In this document: positions 38,841-48,789 of the stretch, one piece after another | Layout: every line of letters starts with the position of its first letter | How positions within the stretch are numbered: position 1 is the first letter of the stretch | Source: Patescibacteria group bacterium | GTDB taxonomy: Bacteria; Patescibacteriota; Minisyncoccia; Minisyncoccales; RBG-13-42-11 | Reading direction: 5' to 3' | DNA: 64,000 bases | NCBI GenBank assembly: GCA_035529635.1 | Contig: DATKWJ010000005.1 | Span: 1,424-65,423 of the forward strand | Translations under genes and position numbers: made by a program | The notes under the pieces: generated by a model | The model's database searches: none | The model's input: the letters and a program-made list of their open reading frames with translations, nothing else | Told to the model about the DNA's origin: nothing

Positions 38841-38849
38841 AAACCAACC

Positions 38850-40133
38850 GTGGCCATGTGGTATCAAAAAATCATCCAAATATTCAAAGTAAAAGATTTA
38901 AGAAATAAGATTCTTTTCGTCTTGGCAATTTTCGCCATTTTCAGATTAATGGCCAATATTCCCATTCCGGGAATCGGCCTGGAAAAAATACGGGAATTTT
39001 CCCAAGCCAATCAGCTTTTCGGCCTTTTAAATCTTTTTACCGGAGGAGCTTTGGACAATCTTTCGATCATCATGCTGGGGCTCGGACCCTACATCACCGC
39101 CACGATCATCATGCAATTGCTGACCATGATATTCCCGGCTTTGGAGAAAATTTATAAAGAAGAAGGCGAACAGGGCAGGGCGAAATTCAACCAATACGGC
39201 AGAATTTTGACGGTGCCTTTCGCTTTTCTCCAAAGTTACGCCATGCTCGTTCTTTTTCAGCGCCAGCAGATAATCGAGCAGCTTTCTTTTGAATTGATCA
39301 TTACTTCGATTTTAACCGTGACGGCCGGCACTTTATTTCTGATGTGGTTGGGAGAGTTGATTTCCGAGAAAGGCATCGGCAACGGCGTATCACTTTTGAT
39401 TTTCGCCGGCATCGTGGCCGACGTGCCGAACAGCGTCAGGCAGATGATGCTTACCTGGGACCCGGCCAAGATTCCTTCTTATTTGTTTTTCTTTGCCATG
39501 GCTTTGGTTATTACAGCCGGCGTGGTTTTGGTTAATGAAGGGCGCCGCAATATTCCGATTTCTTACGCCAAAAGAGTCAGGGGTACAAAAATGTACGGGG
39601 GAGTGTCTACTTATCTGCCGCTGAACATCAATCCGGCCGGAGTAATTCCCATTATTTTCGCTTTATCAATCATGCTTTTGCCGGGAATGGTTGCCAGTTT
39701 TTTAGGGGGAATGGAAGGAATCGTCGGCACTATCGCTCAAGGAGTGAACAAAGCTTTTCAGAATATGTGGTTTTACGGCATTTCGTACTTTCTACTGGTC
39801 GTGCTTTTCACTTATTTTTATACTGCAGTCACTTTTGACCCTAAAGCCATTTCCTCCAATCTGCAGAAAATGGGCGGATTTATTCCCGGCATCAGGCCGG
39901 GAGAAAGCACCGCCAATTTCATGTATTTTATTCTGAACAGGGTTTTGCTAGTCGGCGCCTTGTTTTTGGGCTTTATCGCGGTCATACCTTCGATTATCGC
40001 CGGAATAACCGGCGTTATGGTTTTCCAATTCCTGATCGGCGGTACCGCTTTGTTGATCGTGGTTTCCGTGGTTTTGGACATTATGCGTCAGGTTAACGCC
40101 CAATTGCAGATGCGGGAATACGAAACTTTTTAA
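38850..40133 (+). CDS. secY: Preprotein translocase subunit SecY
   Basis: 10 TM helices. SecY signature regions. Confidence 0.95.
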   Translation: MAMWYQKIIQIFKVKDLRNKILFVLAIFAIFRLMANIPIPGIGLEKIREFSQANQLFGLLNLFTGGALDNLSIIMLGLGPYITATIIMQLLTMIFPALEKIYKEEGEQGRAKFNQYGRILTVPFAFLQSYAMLVLFQRQQIIEQLSFELIITSILTVTAGTLFLMWLGELISEKGIGNGVSLLIFAGIVADVPNSVRQMMLTWDPAKIPSYLFFFAMALVITAGVVLVNEGRRNIPISYAKRVRGTKMYGGVSTYLPLNINPAGVIPIIFALSIMLLPGMVASFLGGMEGIVGTIAQGVNKAFQNMWFYGISYFLLVVLFTYFYTAVTFDPKAISSNLQKMGGFIPGIRPGESTANFMYFILNRVLLVGALFLGFIAVIPSIIAGITGVMVFQFLIGGTALLIVVSVVLDIMRQVNAQLQMREYETF

Positions 40134-40152
40134 TTTTTAAAAAAAATAGTTT

Positions 40153-40863
40153 ATGGCTGGAAAAAACAAGCAAAAAGTAATCATTCTATTGGGTTCTCCG
40201 GGATCGGGCAAAGGGACCCAGGGCGAACTTTTGTCCGAAAAGATGAATTTATATTATTTTGAAACCAGCAAAATATTGGAAGATAAATTCACCCGGAAAG
40301 AAACATCCGGCAAAAATTGGATAAAGATCGACGGGAAAACTTACCATTTCAAAAAAGAAAAGGAATTATGGGAAAACGGGCTGCTTTGCAGTCCGCCTTT
40401 CGTGACTTTTTTGGTGATGGAAAAAATCAAAGAATTATTCAAAGCCGGCAAAAGTTTGATTTTGTCCGGTTCTCCCCGCACTCTTTACGAAGGGGAGAGG
40501 TTGATTCCTTTTTTGAAAAAGTTTTACAAAAGGGAAAATATCGAAGTGATTCTACTTGAGCAGAGCGCCGAAACTTCAATTTTCAGAAACAGCCATCGGA
40601 GAATCTGCCGGCTGATGCGACACCCGATTCTCTACACCAAAGAAACGGCCCGGCTAAAAAAATGCCCTATCGACGGTTCGGAATTGATGAAAAGAAAAGG
40701 GCTGGACAATCCGGAAACCATAAAAGTCAGGCTGAAAGAATACAGAGAAAGGACTTTTCCTTTGATTGAATTGTTCAAAAAAGAAAAATTAAGAATGAAA
40801 AGAATCAACGGAGAAAAACCGCCGGCTGACGTTTTCCGGGATATTCTGAAAGCTTTAAAATAA
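40153..40863 (+). CDS. adk: Adenylate kinase-like protein (divergent, in the canonical adk position)
   Basis: P-loop GSPGSGKGTQ and LSGSPRT (compare DGFPRT). The NMP-binding region is divergent. Confidence 0.7.
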   Translation: MAGKNKQKVIILLGSPGSGKGTQGELLSEKMNLYYFETSKILEDKFTRKETSGKNWIKIDGKTYHFKKEKELWENGLLCSPPFVTFLVMEKIKELFKAGKSLILSGSPRTLYEGERLIPFLKKFYKRENIEVILLEQSAETSIFRNSHRRICRLMRHPILYTKETARLKKCPIDGSELMKRKGLDNPETIKVRLKEYRERTFPLIELFKKEKLRMKRINGEKPPADVFRDILKALK

Positions 40864-40925
40864 CGGTTGAGGGCGAAGAGAATTTCGTTCTCTTCTTCAT
40901 CTTCGCCTCTTCGGAGGCTTGATAA

Positions 40926-41714
40926 ATGATTTCCATCAAAACTCCGGAAGAAATAAGAATAATGGCCGAAGGGGGAAAAATCCTGGCAGGAATCATGGAA
41001 GAATTAAAGAAAAAGGTAAAGCCGGGGATCACCACGAAAACATTAGACAGGCTCGCCGAGAGCCTGATTTTAAAATCTGGCGGAAAATGTTCTTTCAAAG
41101 GTTACGAAGATTTTCCCGCCTGCCTTTGCACTTCGATCAACGAAGAAATCGTCCATGCCATTCCTTCTGACCGGAAAATAACGGCTGGGGATATTATTTC
41201 TCTTGATTTAGGAATTTTGTTCAAAGGTTTCCATACTGATATGGCCGTTACCTTGCCTGTGGGAAAAATAGAGCCGGAAGTTTCCAGATTGATCCGGACG
41301 ACGAAAAGAACTCTGGCCGAAGGGATCAAGGAAATAAAACCGGGCAAGACCATCGGCCATCTCAGCCGGGCCATCCAGGCTTATGCCGAATCCCAGGGTT
41401 TCAGCGTTATCCGCGAACTTTGCGGCCACGGCATCGGCAGAGAAATTCACGAAGATCCCCAAATACTTAATTATTTTTCAAAAGCAGCCAAGAATAAGGA
41501 AAAGACTTTTGATTGTAAAGAAAGCGGTCCTAAAATCAAAGAAGGAATGGTTTTGTGTTTGGAGCCGATGATTGCCGTCGGCGGCTGGCGGATCGAAAAA
41601 AGCGGGGACGGCCATGGTTTTAAGACGGCTGACGGTTCTTTATCCTGCCATTTTGAGCAGACGATTGCCGTAACGAAAAACGGAGCAAAAGTTCTGACTC
41701 CCTGTCCGCTTTAG
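40926..41714 (+). CDS. map: Type I methionine aminopeptidase
   Basis: Pita-bread fold with metal ligands D/D/H/E/E. 262 aa. Confidence 0.9.
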   Translation: MISIKTPEEIRIMAEGGKILAGIMEELKKKVKPGITTKTLDRLAESLILKSGGKCSFKGYEDFPACLCTSINEEIVHAIPSDRKITAGDIISLDLGILFKGFHTDMAVTLPVGKIEPEVSRLIRTTKRTLAEGIKEIKPGKTIGHLSRAIQAYAESQGFSVIRELCGHGIGREIHEDPQILNYFSKAAKNKEKTFDCKESGPKIKEGMVLCLEPMIAVGGWRIEKSGDGHGFKTADGSLSCHFEQTIAVTKNGAKVLTPCPL

Positions 41715-41755
41715 AAATTGGCGGAATTTTCAATGAAATGTTAAAATAATCCAAT

Positions 41756-42478
41756 ATGCGTCTTTCAGTAATTATTCCCGTTTATAACGAAGAAAAACGC
41801 TTGCCCAAGACCTTGAAAGACATCGACGGTTATCTGTCAAAACAGCCGTACGATTACGAAATCTTGGTTGTTGACAACGGTTCGACTGATAAAACCGTTC
41901 AATTCGTCAAAGATTCGGCGGAACGGATCAGGGGATTGAAATTAATCGAGGGTTCTTCCAAGCGGGGCAAGGGTTTTGCCGTCAAAAAAGGCATGCTGGC
42001 GTCTCAAGGCGATTTCAGGATTTTCGTCGATGCCGACAATTCCACTTCGCTTGACCAGATTGAAAAAATGTGGCCGGAATTTGAAAAAGGCTGCGATATC
42101 GCCATCGGTTCGAGAGACGTCAAAGGAGCGGTTTTGGATCCTCCACAGCCCTGGCTGAGGGATATGGTTTTGGGAGAAGGTTTCAAACTCTATCGGAAAT
42201 TAATCATCGGTCTTTGGGGAATTCAGGATACCCAATGCGGCTTCAAATGCTTCACTAAAAAAGCGGCCGAAGAAATCTTCCCGAAATGCAAAATCGAGGA
42301 TTTCGCTTTTGACCCAGAAATTTTGGTTATAGCCAAAAAACACGGCTATAAAATAAAAGAAATTCCGGTTCATTGGAAAAACGACTTGGAAAGCAAAGTT
42401 AATTTCAAAAGCATCTTAAATATGGCTTTGGATTTGATCAGAATCAAATTAAATTTAATCAAAGGAATGTATGATTAA
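41756..42478 (+). CDS. Family 2 glycosyltransferase (dolichyl/polyprenyl-phosphate glycosyltransferase-like)
   Basis: SVIIPVYNEE, VDNGSTD and DAD motifs. Confidence 0.8.
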   Translation: MRLSVIIPVYNEEKRLPKTLKDIDGYLSKQPYDYEILVVDNGSTDKTVQFVKDSAERIRGLKLIEGSSKRGKGFAVKKGMLASQGDFRIFVDADNSTSLDQIEKMWPEFEKGCDIAIGSRDVKGAVLDPPQPWLRDMVLGEGFKLYRKLIIGLWGIQDTQCGFKCFTKKAAEEIFPKCKIEDFAFDPEILVIAKKHGYKIKEIPVHWKNDLESKVNFKSILNMALDLIRIKLNLIKGMYD

Positions 42479-43526
42479 TAAATCTTCGACGATTAAAAAA
42501 CAGGTTAAAAAGTTTCCTTCCGAACTTCGTTTTGATTTGGTTTCCAAGGATTGGGTGGTTATCGCCACCGGCCGGGCCAGGAAGCCGGAGACGTTCAAAC
42601 GGGAAAGAAGGAAGAATAAAGAGCCGGTCGGCAAAGACTGCCCTTTTTGCGGAGACGGCGTCCGGGAAAAAGCGATTCTCGCTTTTTTCCGAGGAAAAGA
42701 TATCTCATCTAAAAAAGGATCGAAGGACTGGACGACCGCGGTTATTCCCAATAAATATCCAGCTTTTATTCCTAATTCTGGATTGGCGGAAAGAAAAGAA
42801 GGGCCTTTTTACGAGAAAATGAACGCTGTCGGTTTTCACGAAGTGGTCATTACCCGCGACCATTGTAAGTCTTTGGGCCAGTTCAAAGAAGTCAGTGAGG
42901 TGAAGGAGGTTTTCGACATTTACCAGAAAAGATATTTGGATCTGATGAATAAGGATTTCGTCAATCATATCTCAATTTTCCATAATCACGGTTCGGAAGC
43001 CGGCGCCTCGATTTTCCACCCCCATTCGCAGATAATCACCACTCCTTTGATTGACATTGATTTGAATAAGGCTTTGGCCAACTCGGCAAGATATTACAAA
43101 AAAACTAAAAAATGCATTTATTGCGAGATGAACAAATGGGAGCTGAAAGTTAAAAAAAGAATAGTTTTTGAAAATAAGCATTTTTTCGCCCTTTGCCCCT
43201 TTGCTTCGAAATCCGCTTTTCAGGTTATTATTTCTCCGAAGTTGCATCTTTCTTATTTTGAAAGGATTACCGAGGAAGAAAAATGGCAGTTGAGCGAGAT
43301 TTTTCAGAAAGTTTTGGCCAAAATCCACAAAGGGTTGTCCGACCCCGCCTATAATTTTTATCTGCATACTGCTCCCTGCGACGGGAAAAAATACCCCTTT
43401 TACCACTGGCATTGGACGATTTTGCCGAAAACTTCGACTTGGGCCGGTTTTGAAATAGGCACCAGGATGGAAATTTCCACCATTGAACCGGAAAAGGCCG
43501 CTGCCTACTTAAGAAATCAAAAATGA
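42471..43526 (+). CDS. GalT-like HIT-family nucleotidyltransferase (galactose-1-phosphate uridylyltransferase-like)
   Basis: Zinc motif CPFCGDG and active site FHPHSQI (HPHxQ). 351 aa. Confidence 0.7.
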   Translation: MINKSSTIKKQVKKFPSELRFDLVSKDWVVIATGRARKPETFKRERRKNKEPVGKDCPFCGDGVREKAILAFFRGKDISSKKGSKDWTTAVIPNKYPAFIPNSGLAERKEGPFYEKMNAVGFHEVVITRDHCKSLGQFKEVSEVKEVFDIYQKRYLDLMNKDFVNHISIFHNHGSEAGASIFHPHSQIITTPLIDIDLNKALANSARYYKKTKKCIYCEMNKWELKVKKRIVFENKHFFALCPFASKSAFQVIISPKLHLSYFERITEEEKWQLSEIFQKVLAKIHKGLSDPAYNFYLHTAPCDGKKYPFYHWHWTILPKTSTWAGFEIGTRMEISTIEPEKAAAYLRNQK

Positions 43527-44221
43527 AATCTTTAATCGTAGCAAATTGGAAGTGTAATCCTGCGGCACTAAAAGAGGCAAAAACCCTCTTTAATTCGGTT
43601 GAGAAAGGAATTAAAAACATTAGAAATGCGGAAATGGTAATTTGTCCGCCGTTTGTTTATCTATCCGAATTGAAAAGAATGAAAAACAAGCGGTCAAAGA
43701 TAAAATTGGGCGGCCAGGACGTTTTTTGGGAAAATGCTGGCGCTTATACCGGTGAAGTATCCCCTGAAATGCTGAAAGATTCAGGCGCGGAATACGTCAT
43801 CGTCGGACACTCGGAAAGGAGGAAATACCAGAAAGAAACGGACGAAGCGATAAATAAAAAATTGAAGGCCGCTTTAAGCGCCGGTTTGAAAGCGATTTTG
43901 TGCGTAGATAACGTTTCCCAGATTAAAAAAGATTTAAACGGCCTGACTGGAAATCTTCTTTTAAATCTGGTCATCGCTTACGAGCCGATTTTCGCCATCG
44001 GCACGGGAAAAGCCTGCAGTGTGGAAAGAGCTGAAAAAATGAGAATGTCGATAAAGGAAAAGCTGAATAAAAAAAATATTCCTGTTCTTTATGGCGGCAG
44101 TGTCAATTCTCAAAATGCCGCCGGCTACCTCGAAAAAGGAGGTTTCCAGGGTCTTTTAATCGGCGGCGCTTCTTTGAAAATTGAAGAATTTTCAGGAATC
44201 ATCAGAAGGGTTGATCGTTGA
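43523..44221 (+). CDS. tpiA: Triosephosphate isomerase
   Basis: ANWKCN, GHSERR and AYEPIFAIGTGK. Confidence 0.9.
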   Translation: MKSLIVANWKCNPAALKEAKTLFNSVEKGIKNIRNAEMVICPPFVYLSELKRMKNKRSKIKLGGQDVFWENAGAYTGEVSPEMLKDSGAEYVIVGHSERRKYQKETDEAINKKLKAALSAGLKAILCVDNVSQIKKDLNGLTGNLLLNLVIAYEPIFAIGTGKACSVERAEKMRMSIKEKLNKKNIPVLYGGSVNSQNAAGYLEKGGFQGLLIGGASLKIEEFSGIIRRVDR

Positions 44222-44236
44222 TTAAATTTCAGAAAA

Positions 44237-44770
44237 TTGATAAGATGGCTAACTATGGAAGAAAAGATTTTAAACGGTTATTTTTTTAACCCTACCAAGG
44301 GAAACGTCGAAATAAGCGGCGTGATTGGAGAAATAATCAGCTATATTTCCGAGAAACCGGAGAAATTTTACGAAATTATCGTTGGCTGTGATTCTTCTTC
44401 AGGAGAAGAGCCTCATTTTCCGGTGGTTTTGGTTATTTTGAGAAAAGGCGAAGGCGGCAGGTTTTTCATTAAAAAAATCGCTTATAAAGGAAGAAAATTT
44501 TACAATTGGAAACAGAGAATTTTAGAAGAAGTTTTGCTTTCCTGCCAGCTGGCTCTTTATTTCAAGGATAACTTTGAAAAAGAAATGAAGAAATTCGAAA
44601 AAGAAAATTTTTCTTTTCAATTCCGTTATATTCACGCCGACGTCGGAGAAAACGGCCAAACGAAAGACATGATCAAGGAAATCACCGGCCTGATCAGAGG
44701 CAACGGCTTTGAACCGAAAATAAAGCCGGAATCTTTCGTCGCTTCAACGGTGGCCGACAGATTTTCTTAA
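44237..44770 (+). CDS. Hypothetical protein (possibly DUF458/YkuK-like RNase H-like fold)
   Basis: 177 aa. IVGCDSS motif. Weak resemblance only. Confidence 0.45.
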   Translation: MIRWLTMEEKILNGYFFNPTKGNVEISGVIGEIISYISEKPEKFYEIIVGCDSSSGEEPHFPVVLVILRKGEGGRFFIKKIAYKGRKFYNWKQRILEEVLLSCQLALYFKDNFEKEMKKFEKENFSFQFRYIHADVGENGQTKDMIKEITGLIRGNGFEPKIKPESFVASTVADRFS

Positions 44771-44789
44771 CGGAAAATTTTAATCTTCA

Positions 44790-46643
44790 ATGAACTCAAA
44801 AGAAATAAGACGAAAGTTTTTGCAATTTTTCGAAGAAAAAGGGCATACCCTTATTCCGGGTGCTTCTTTGATTCCGGAAAACGATCCGACGACTTTGTTC
44901 GTCGGTTCGGGTATGCAGCCTTTGGTTCCGTATCTGCTGGGTGAAAAACATCCATTGGGAAAACGTTTGGTGAACTGTCAGAAATCTTTCCGGGTGGCCG
45001 ATATTGAAGACATCGGCGACAATCGCCATACCACTTTTTTCGAGATGCTCGGCAACTGGTCGCTGGGAGATTATTTCAAGAAAGAACAGCTCAATTGGCT
45101 TTTTGATTTTTTAACCGGCGTACTGAAAATCGACCCTAACCGTCTTTACGTTACGGTTTTCCGGGGTAATGAAGAAATCGGCATTAAAAGGGATGATGAA
45201 TCCGTGAAAATTTGGCAGGAGATATTTTCTGGAAAAGGCGTTCAGGCAAAAGACGTTGATTTCAGCGAAAAGAACGGAATGGAAAACGGTCAGATTTTTT
45301 ATTTCGATGAAACCAAAAACTGGTGGTCAAGAAGCGGCTTGCCGAAGGATATGCCGCTCAACGAGCCCGGCGGGCCGGACAGCGAGATTTTTTACGATTT
45401 AGGCGAGGATCTGAAACGCCATGAAAATTCCGTCTGGAAAGACAAACCCTGCCACGTCAATTGCGACTGCGGAAGATTTATCGAGATAGGCAACAGCGTT
45501 TTTATGGAGTACATTAAAACCGAAAAAGGTTTTGAAAAACTGCCTCAGAAAAATGTTGACTTCGGAGGGGGACTGGAAAGAATAAGCATGGTTGTTCAAG
45601 GGAAAACGAATGTTTTTGAAACGGATTTGTTCATCGGTATTCTGAATAAAATCAAGGAATTGTCCGGAGGAAAAGAATATCAAGACAATGTCAAAGTTTT
45701 TGAGATAATCGCCGACCATGTCAAAGGAGCCGTTTTCGTGATTTCCGAAGACGTTTTACCGTCAAATACTGAGCGAGGCTATATTTTAAGAAGGCTGTTG
45801 AGAAGAGCCGTCCGCTACGGCAAAATGTTGAAAATGCCAGGAGATTTTTTGCTGCCGTTGGGCCGGCAGGTGATCGAAATCTATCAGGATATTTACCCCG
45901 AGGTTAAAGCGAAAGAAGAAGAAATTTTAACCGTCATTCAAAAAGAGAAGGAAAAATTCGAAGAAACTCTTCAAAAAGGACTGAAGCAATTCGAAAAAAT
46001 TGCCGAAAAAGGAAGCATTTCCGGGGTTGACGCCTTTCATTTGTACGACACTTACGGTTTTCCTTTGGAACTGACGATCGAGCTGGCCAGGGAAAAAAGA
46101 TTGGAGGTTGACGAAAGCGAATTCAAAAAAGCTTTTAAGAAACATCAGGAAATTTCCCGGGCCGGTGCGGTAAAGAAATTCGGCGGTGGGGGAGAGTTTT
46201 CACCGAAGCTCCATACCGCTACTCATTTGCTTCATGCCGCTTTGAGGAAAGTTTTGGGAGAGCATATCAGGCAAATGGGTTCAGATATCACCACCCAGCG
46301 TTTAAGATTCGATTTTTCCCATCATCAAAAATTAACGGCCGAACAAATTAAAGAGGTCGAGGACATTGTCAATCGGAAAATCAAGGAAAATTTGGAAGTT
46401 AAAAAAGAAGAGATGAGTTTGGAAGAAGCTTTGACTGCGGGAGCTTTAGCTTTTTTCCGGGAAAAATATCCCGAAAAAGTTTCCGTTTATACGGTTTTCA
46501 ATCCTGAGACCGGAGAAGTATTCTCTAAGGAAATTTGCGGCGGCCCCCATATTAAAAGAACCTCGGGATTAGGCGAGTTTAAGATAAGAAAAGAGGAATC
46601 TTCTTCCGCTGGCGTGCGGAGAATTCGGGCTGTTTTAGAATAA
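44790..46643 (+). CDS. alaS: Alanine--tRNA ligase, short form (catalytic plus editing domains, no C-Ala domain)
   Basis: N-terminal class II AlaRS core. Editing-site HTATHLLHAAL...H. 617 aa versus about 870. Confidence 0.85.
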   Translation: MNSKEIRRKFLQFFEEKGHTLIPGASLIPENDPTTLFVGSGMQPLVPYLLGEKHPLGKRLVNCQKSFRVADIEDIGDNRHTTFFEMLGNWSLGDYFKKEQLNWLFDFLTGVLKIDPNRLYVTVFRGNEEIGIKRDDESVKIWQEIFSGKGVQAKDVDFSEKNGMENGQIFYFDETKNWWSRSGLPKDMPLNEPGGPDSEIFYDLGEDLKRHENSVWKDKPCHVNCDCGRFIEIGNSVFMEYIKTEKGFEKLPQKNVDFGGGLERISMVVQGKTNVFETDLFIGILNKIKELSGGKEYQDNVKVFEIIADHVKGAVFVISEDVLPSNTERGYILRRLLRRAVRYGKMLKMPGDFLLPLGRQVIEIYQDIYPEVKAKEEEILTVIQKEKEKFEETLQKGLKQFEKIAEKGSISGVDAFHLYDTYGFPLELTIELAREKRLEVDESEFKKAFKKHQEISRAGAVKKFGGGGEFSPKLHTATHLLHAALRKVLGEHIRQMGSDITTQRLRFDFSHHQKLTAEQIKEVEDIVNRKIKENLEVKKEEMSLEEALTAGALAFFREKYPEKVSVYTVFNPETGEVFSKEICGGPHIKRTSGLGEFKIRKEESSSAGVRRIRAVLE

Positions 46644-46669
46644 ACTTAAATATTGTATAATATCTTATC

Positions 46670-47977
46670 ATGGACAAAAAAGTAATAGATATCTTTCCTC
46701 CTGCCAAAAAAGAAAAAGAAATCGAGATAAAAAAAGAATCCGCGCCGGATTTTAAGATTGTCAGCCGGCCGGCCTCGGTTTCACCCCTGAAAAAAGGCTT
46801 GTTTCTTTGCCTGTTTTTTTTGGTCTTGGCCGGTTTTCTCTGTTATTTCACTTTATCGAAAGCCGAGATAGAAATTTGGCCGGAAACCGAAATTGCGGCT
46901 TGTCAGACGGAATTGACTATTGACAAAGAGGCGGAAGTGGTCGATATTTCGAAAAAAATCATTCCCGGCCGGATTTTTCAGCAAGAGAAAAGTTTAACGA
47001 AAGATTTCCAATCATCCGGTAAGGCGCCGAAAGAGGAAAAAGCAGAGGGCGTCATAAGAGTTTATAATAATTATTCCGATTCGCCTCAAATTTTGATAGC
47101 TGCCACCCGTTTCGTTTCCTCCGACGGCAAGGTTTTTCGTACTCCCGTGAAAGTTACTATTCCGGGCGGCGTTTACGAAAAAGGAAAATTGATTCCCGGA
47201 GAGATAGACGTTAAAGTGGTGGCGGATGAAGCCGGTTCAGAATACAATATCGGTCCTGCCAATTTTTCCATTCCCGGATTCGCCGGCACTGACAGATATA
47301 TCAAGTTTTACGGCAAATCTTTTGAATCAATGGCCGGAGGTTTCAAAGAGGAAGTTGCCAAAGTGACTGAAGAAGATCTGACCCAGGCCGAAGATTCTTT
47401 GATAAGACAAGCTAAAAATGAGTGCGGACAGTCGTTGAAAAACGAATTGCAATCAACGGAGATTTCCTCGAAATTCCATTATTTTTCGGAAGAATCTCCT
47501 GTTTTCGAAATCGTTGAAAAGATCTCTTCGGTCGCGGCCGGAGGAGAAGCGAAAGAATTTAGGTTCCAGGTTAAGGTTAACTGCCGAACCCTATCGTTTC
47601 AAAAAGAGAACCTGGAGGATTTTGCCAAACAATCGATAATTTCTGAATTTTCCAAGAACAATAAGTTTAGCGGAGAAGATCCTCTTTCTTTCAATTCGGT
47701 TTACCAAGAAAGTTTGAAAATGGATTTCTCTTCGAAAACCGTTGATTTGGCGGCCGGTAAAATCGTTCTTTCTTTGAACGTTTCAGCCAAGATTTATTCG
47801 GCAGTCGACGATTATAACCTCAGGAAAGCTCTTAAAGGTAAATCATTATCGGAAGCTGAGATATTTTTGGAGAACCAGCCCAGAATCAGCCGAGTCAATG
47901 TTGAATTTTGGCCGTTTTGGGTAAGAAAAGCGCCGGACGACTTGAATAAAATCAAGATTATTATAAAGATTGACTAA
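46670..47977 (+). CDS. Hypothetical single-pass membrane protein with large extracytoplasmic domain
   Basis: 435 aa. TM helix at about residues 43-62. No recognisable domains. Confidence 0.55.
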   Translation: MDKKVIDIFPPAKKEKEIEIKKESAPDFKIVSRPASVSPLKKGLFLCLFFLVLAGFLCYFTLSKAEIEIWPETEIAACQTELTIDKEAEVVDISKKIIPGRIFQQEKSLTKDFQSSGKAPKEEKAEGVIRVYNNYSDSPQILIAATRFVSSDGKVFRTPVKVTIPGGVYEKGKLIPGEIDVKVVADEAGSEYNIGPANFSIPGFAGTDRYIKFYGKSFESMAGGFKEEVAKVTEEDLTQAEDSLIRQAKNECGQSLKNELQSTEISSKFHYFSEESPVFEIVEKISSVAAGGEAKEFRFQVKVNCRTLSFQKENLEDFAKQSIISEFSKNNKFSGEDPLSFNSVYQESLKMDFSSKTVDLAAGKIVLSLNVSAKIYSAVDDYNLRKALKGKSLSEAEIFLENQPRISRVNVEFWPFWVRKAPDDLNKIKIIIKID

Positions 47978-48021
47978 TTTAGTATATTTTGCTAAACTAA
48001 AAAATTGTTCATAATTTATAA

Positions 48022-48234
48022 ATGAAAAATAATATAAAGAAAAGCGGAATCATTATAGAATCCTTGCCCAGTACGCATTTCAGGGTGAAATTGGACAGCG
48101 GAGAAGAAACTCTTTGCCATTTAGCTGGCAAATTAAGGATGTTTCGGATTAAGATTTTGCCCGGCGACAGAGTGACCGTCGAATTAAGCCCGTACGACGC
48201 GAAAAGGGGAAGAATAGTCTACCGAGACAAGTAG
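48022..48234 (+). CDS. infA: Translation initiation factor IF-1
   Basis: S1-like OB fold. 70 aa. Confidence 0.9.
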   Translation: MKNNIKKSGIIIESLPSTHFRVKLDSGEETLCHLAGKLRMFRIKILPGDRVTVELSPYDAKRGRIVYRDK

Positions 48235-48275
48235 CCGCTTAACTTTAGAAGTTCCGGAAAACCGGTTGATCTATT

Positions 48276-48392
48276 ATGAAAGTCAGGCCGTCGGTCAAAA
48301 AAATTTGTAAAAATTGCAAAATCCTCAAAAGAAGAGGTCGAGTTTACGTCATCTGCAAAAAAAATCCTAAACATAAGCAAAGACAAGGATAA
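48276..48392 (+). CDS. rpmJ: 50S ribosomal protein L36 (38 aa), not in the ORF track
   Basis: [38 protein letters not shown]. Confidence 0.85.
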   Translation: MKVRPSVKKICKNCKILKRRGRVYVICKKNPKHKQRQG

Positions 48393-48395
48393 ATT

Positions 48396-48785
48396 ATGCC
48401 GCGTATTGCCGGGGTTAACATCCCCGAAAACAAACAAATAAAAATTTCTCTGACTTATATTTACGGTATAGGCAAGACTTTGGCTAGTAGAATTTTAAAG
48501 GAAACGGAAATCAAACCGACCAAAAAAGCTTCGGAACTGACTCCCCAGGAAGTCAGTGATCTCAAAGACGTTATCGAAAAGAAATACAAGATAGAAGACG
48601 AACTCAAGAGAGAAGTGATGACGAATATCAAACGGCTGAAAGACGTGGGATCTTGGAGGGGAATCCGCCACATCAAAAAATTGCCGGTAAGGGGACAAAG
48701 AACCAAAACGAATACCCGTACCGTTCGAGGCAACGTAAGAAAAACCGTGGGTTCAGGCCGAAAGCCGGCCGCCACCCCAACATAA
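48396..48785 (+). CDS. rpsM: 30S ribosomal protein S13
   Basis: MPRIAGVNIPENKQIKISLTYIYGIG. Confidence 0.9.
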   Translation: MPRIAGVNIPENKQIKISLTYIYGIGKTLASRILKETEIKPTKKASELTPQEVSDLKDVIEKKYKIEDELKREVMTNIKRLKDVGSWRGIRHIKKLPVRGQRTKTNTRTVRGNVRKTVGSGRKPAATPT

Positions 48786-48789
48786 TATT

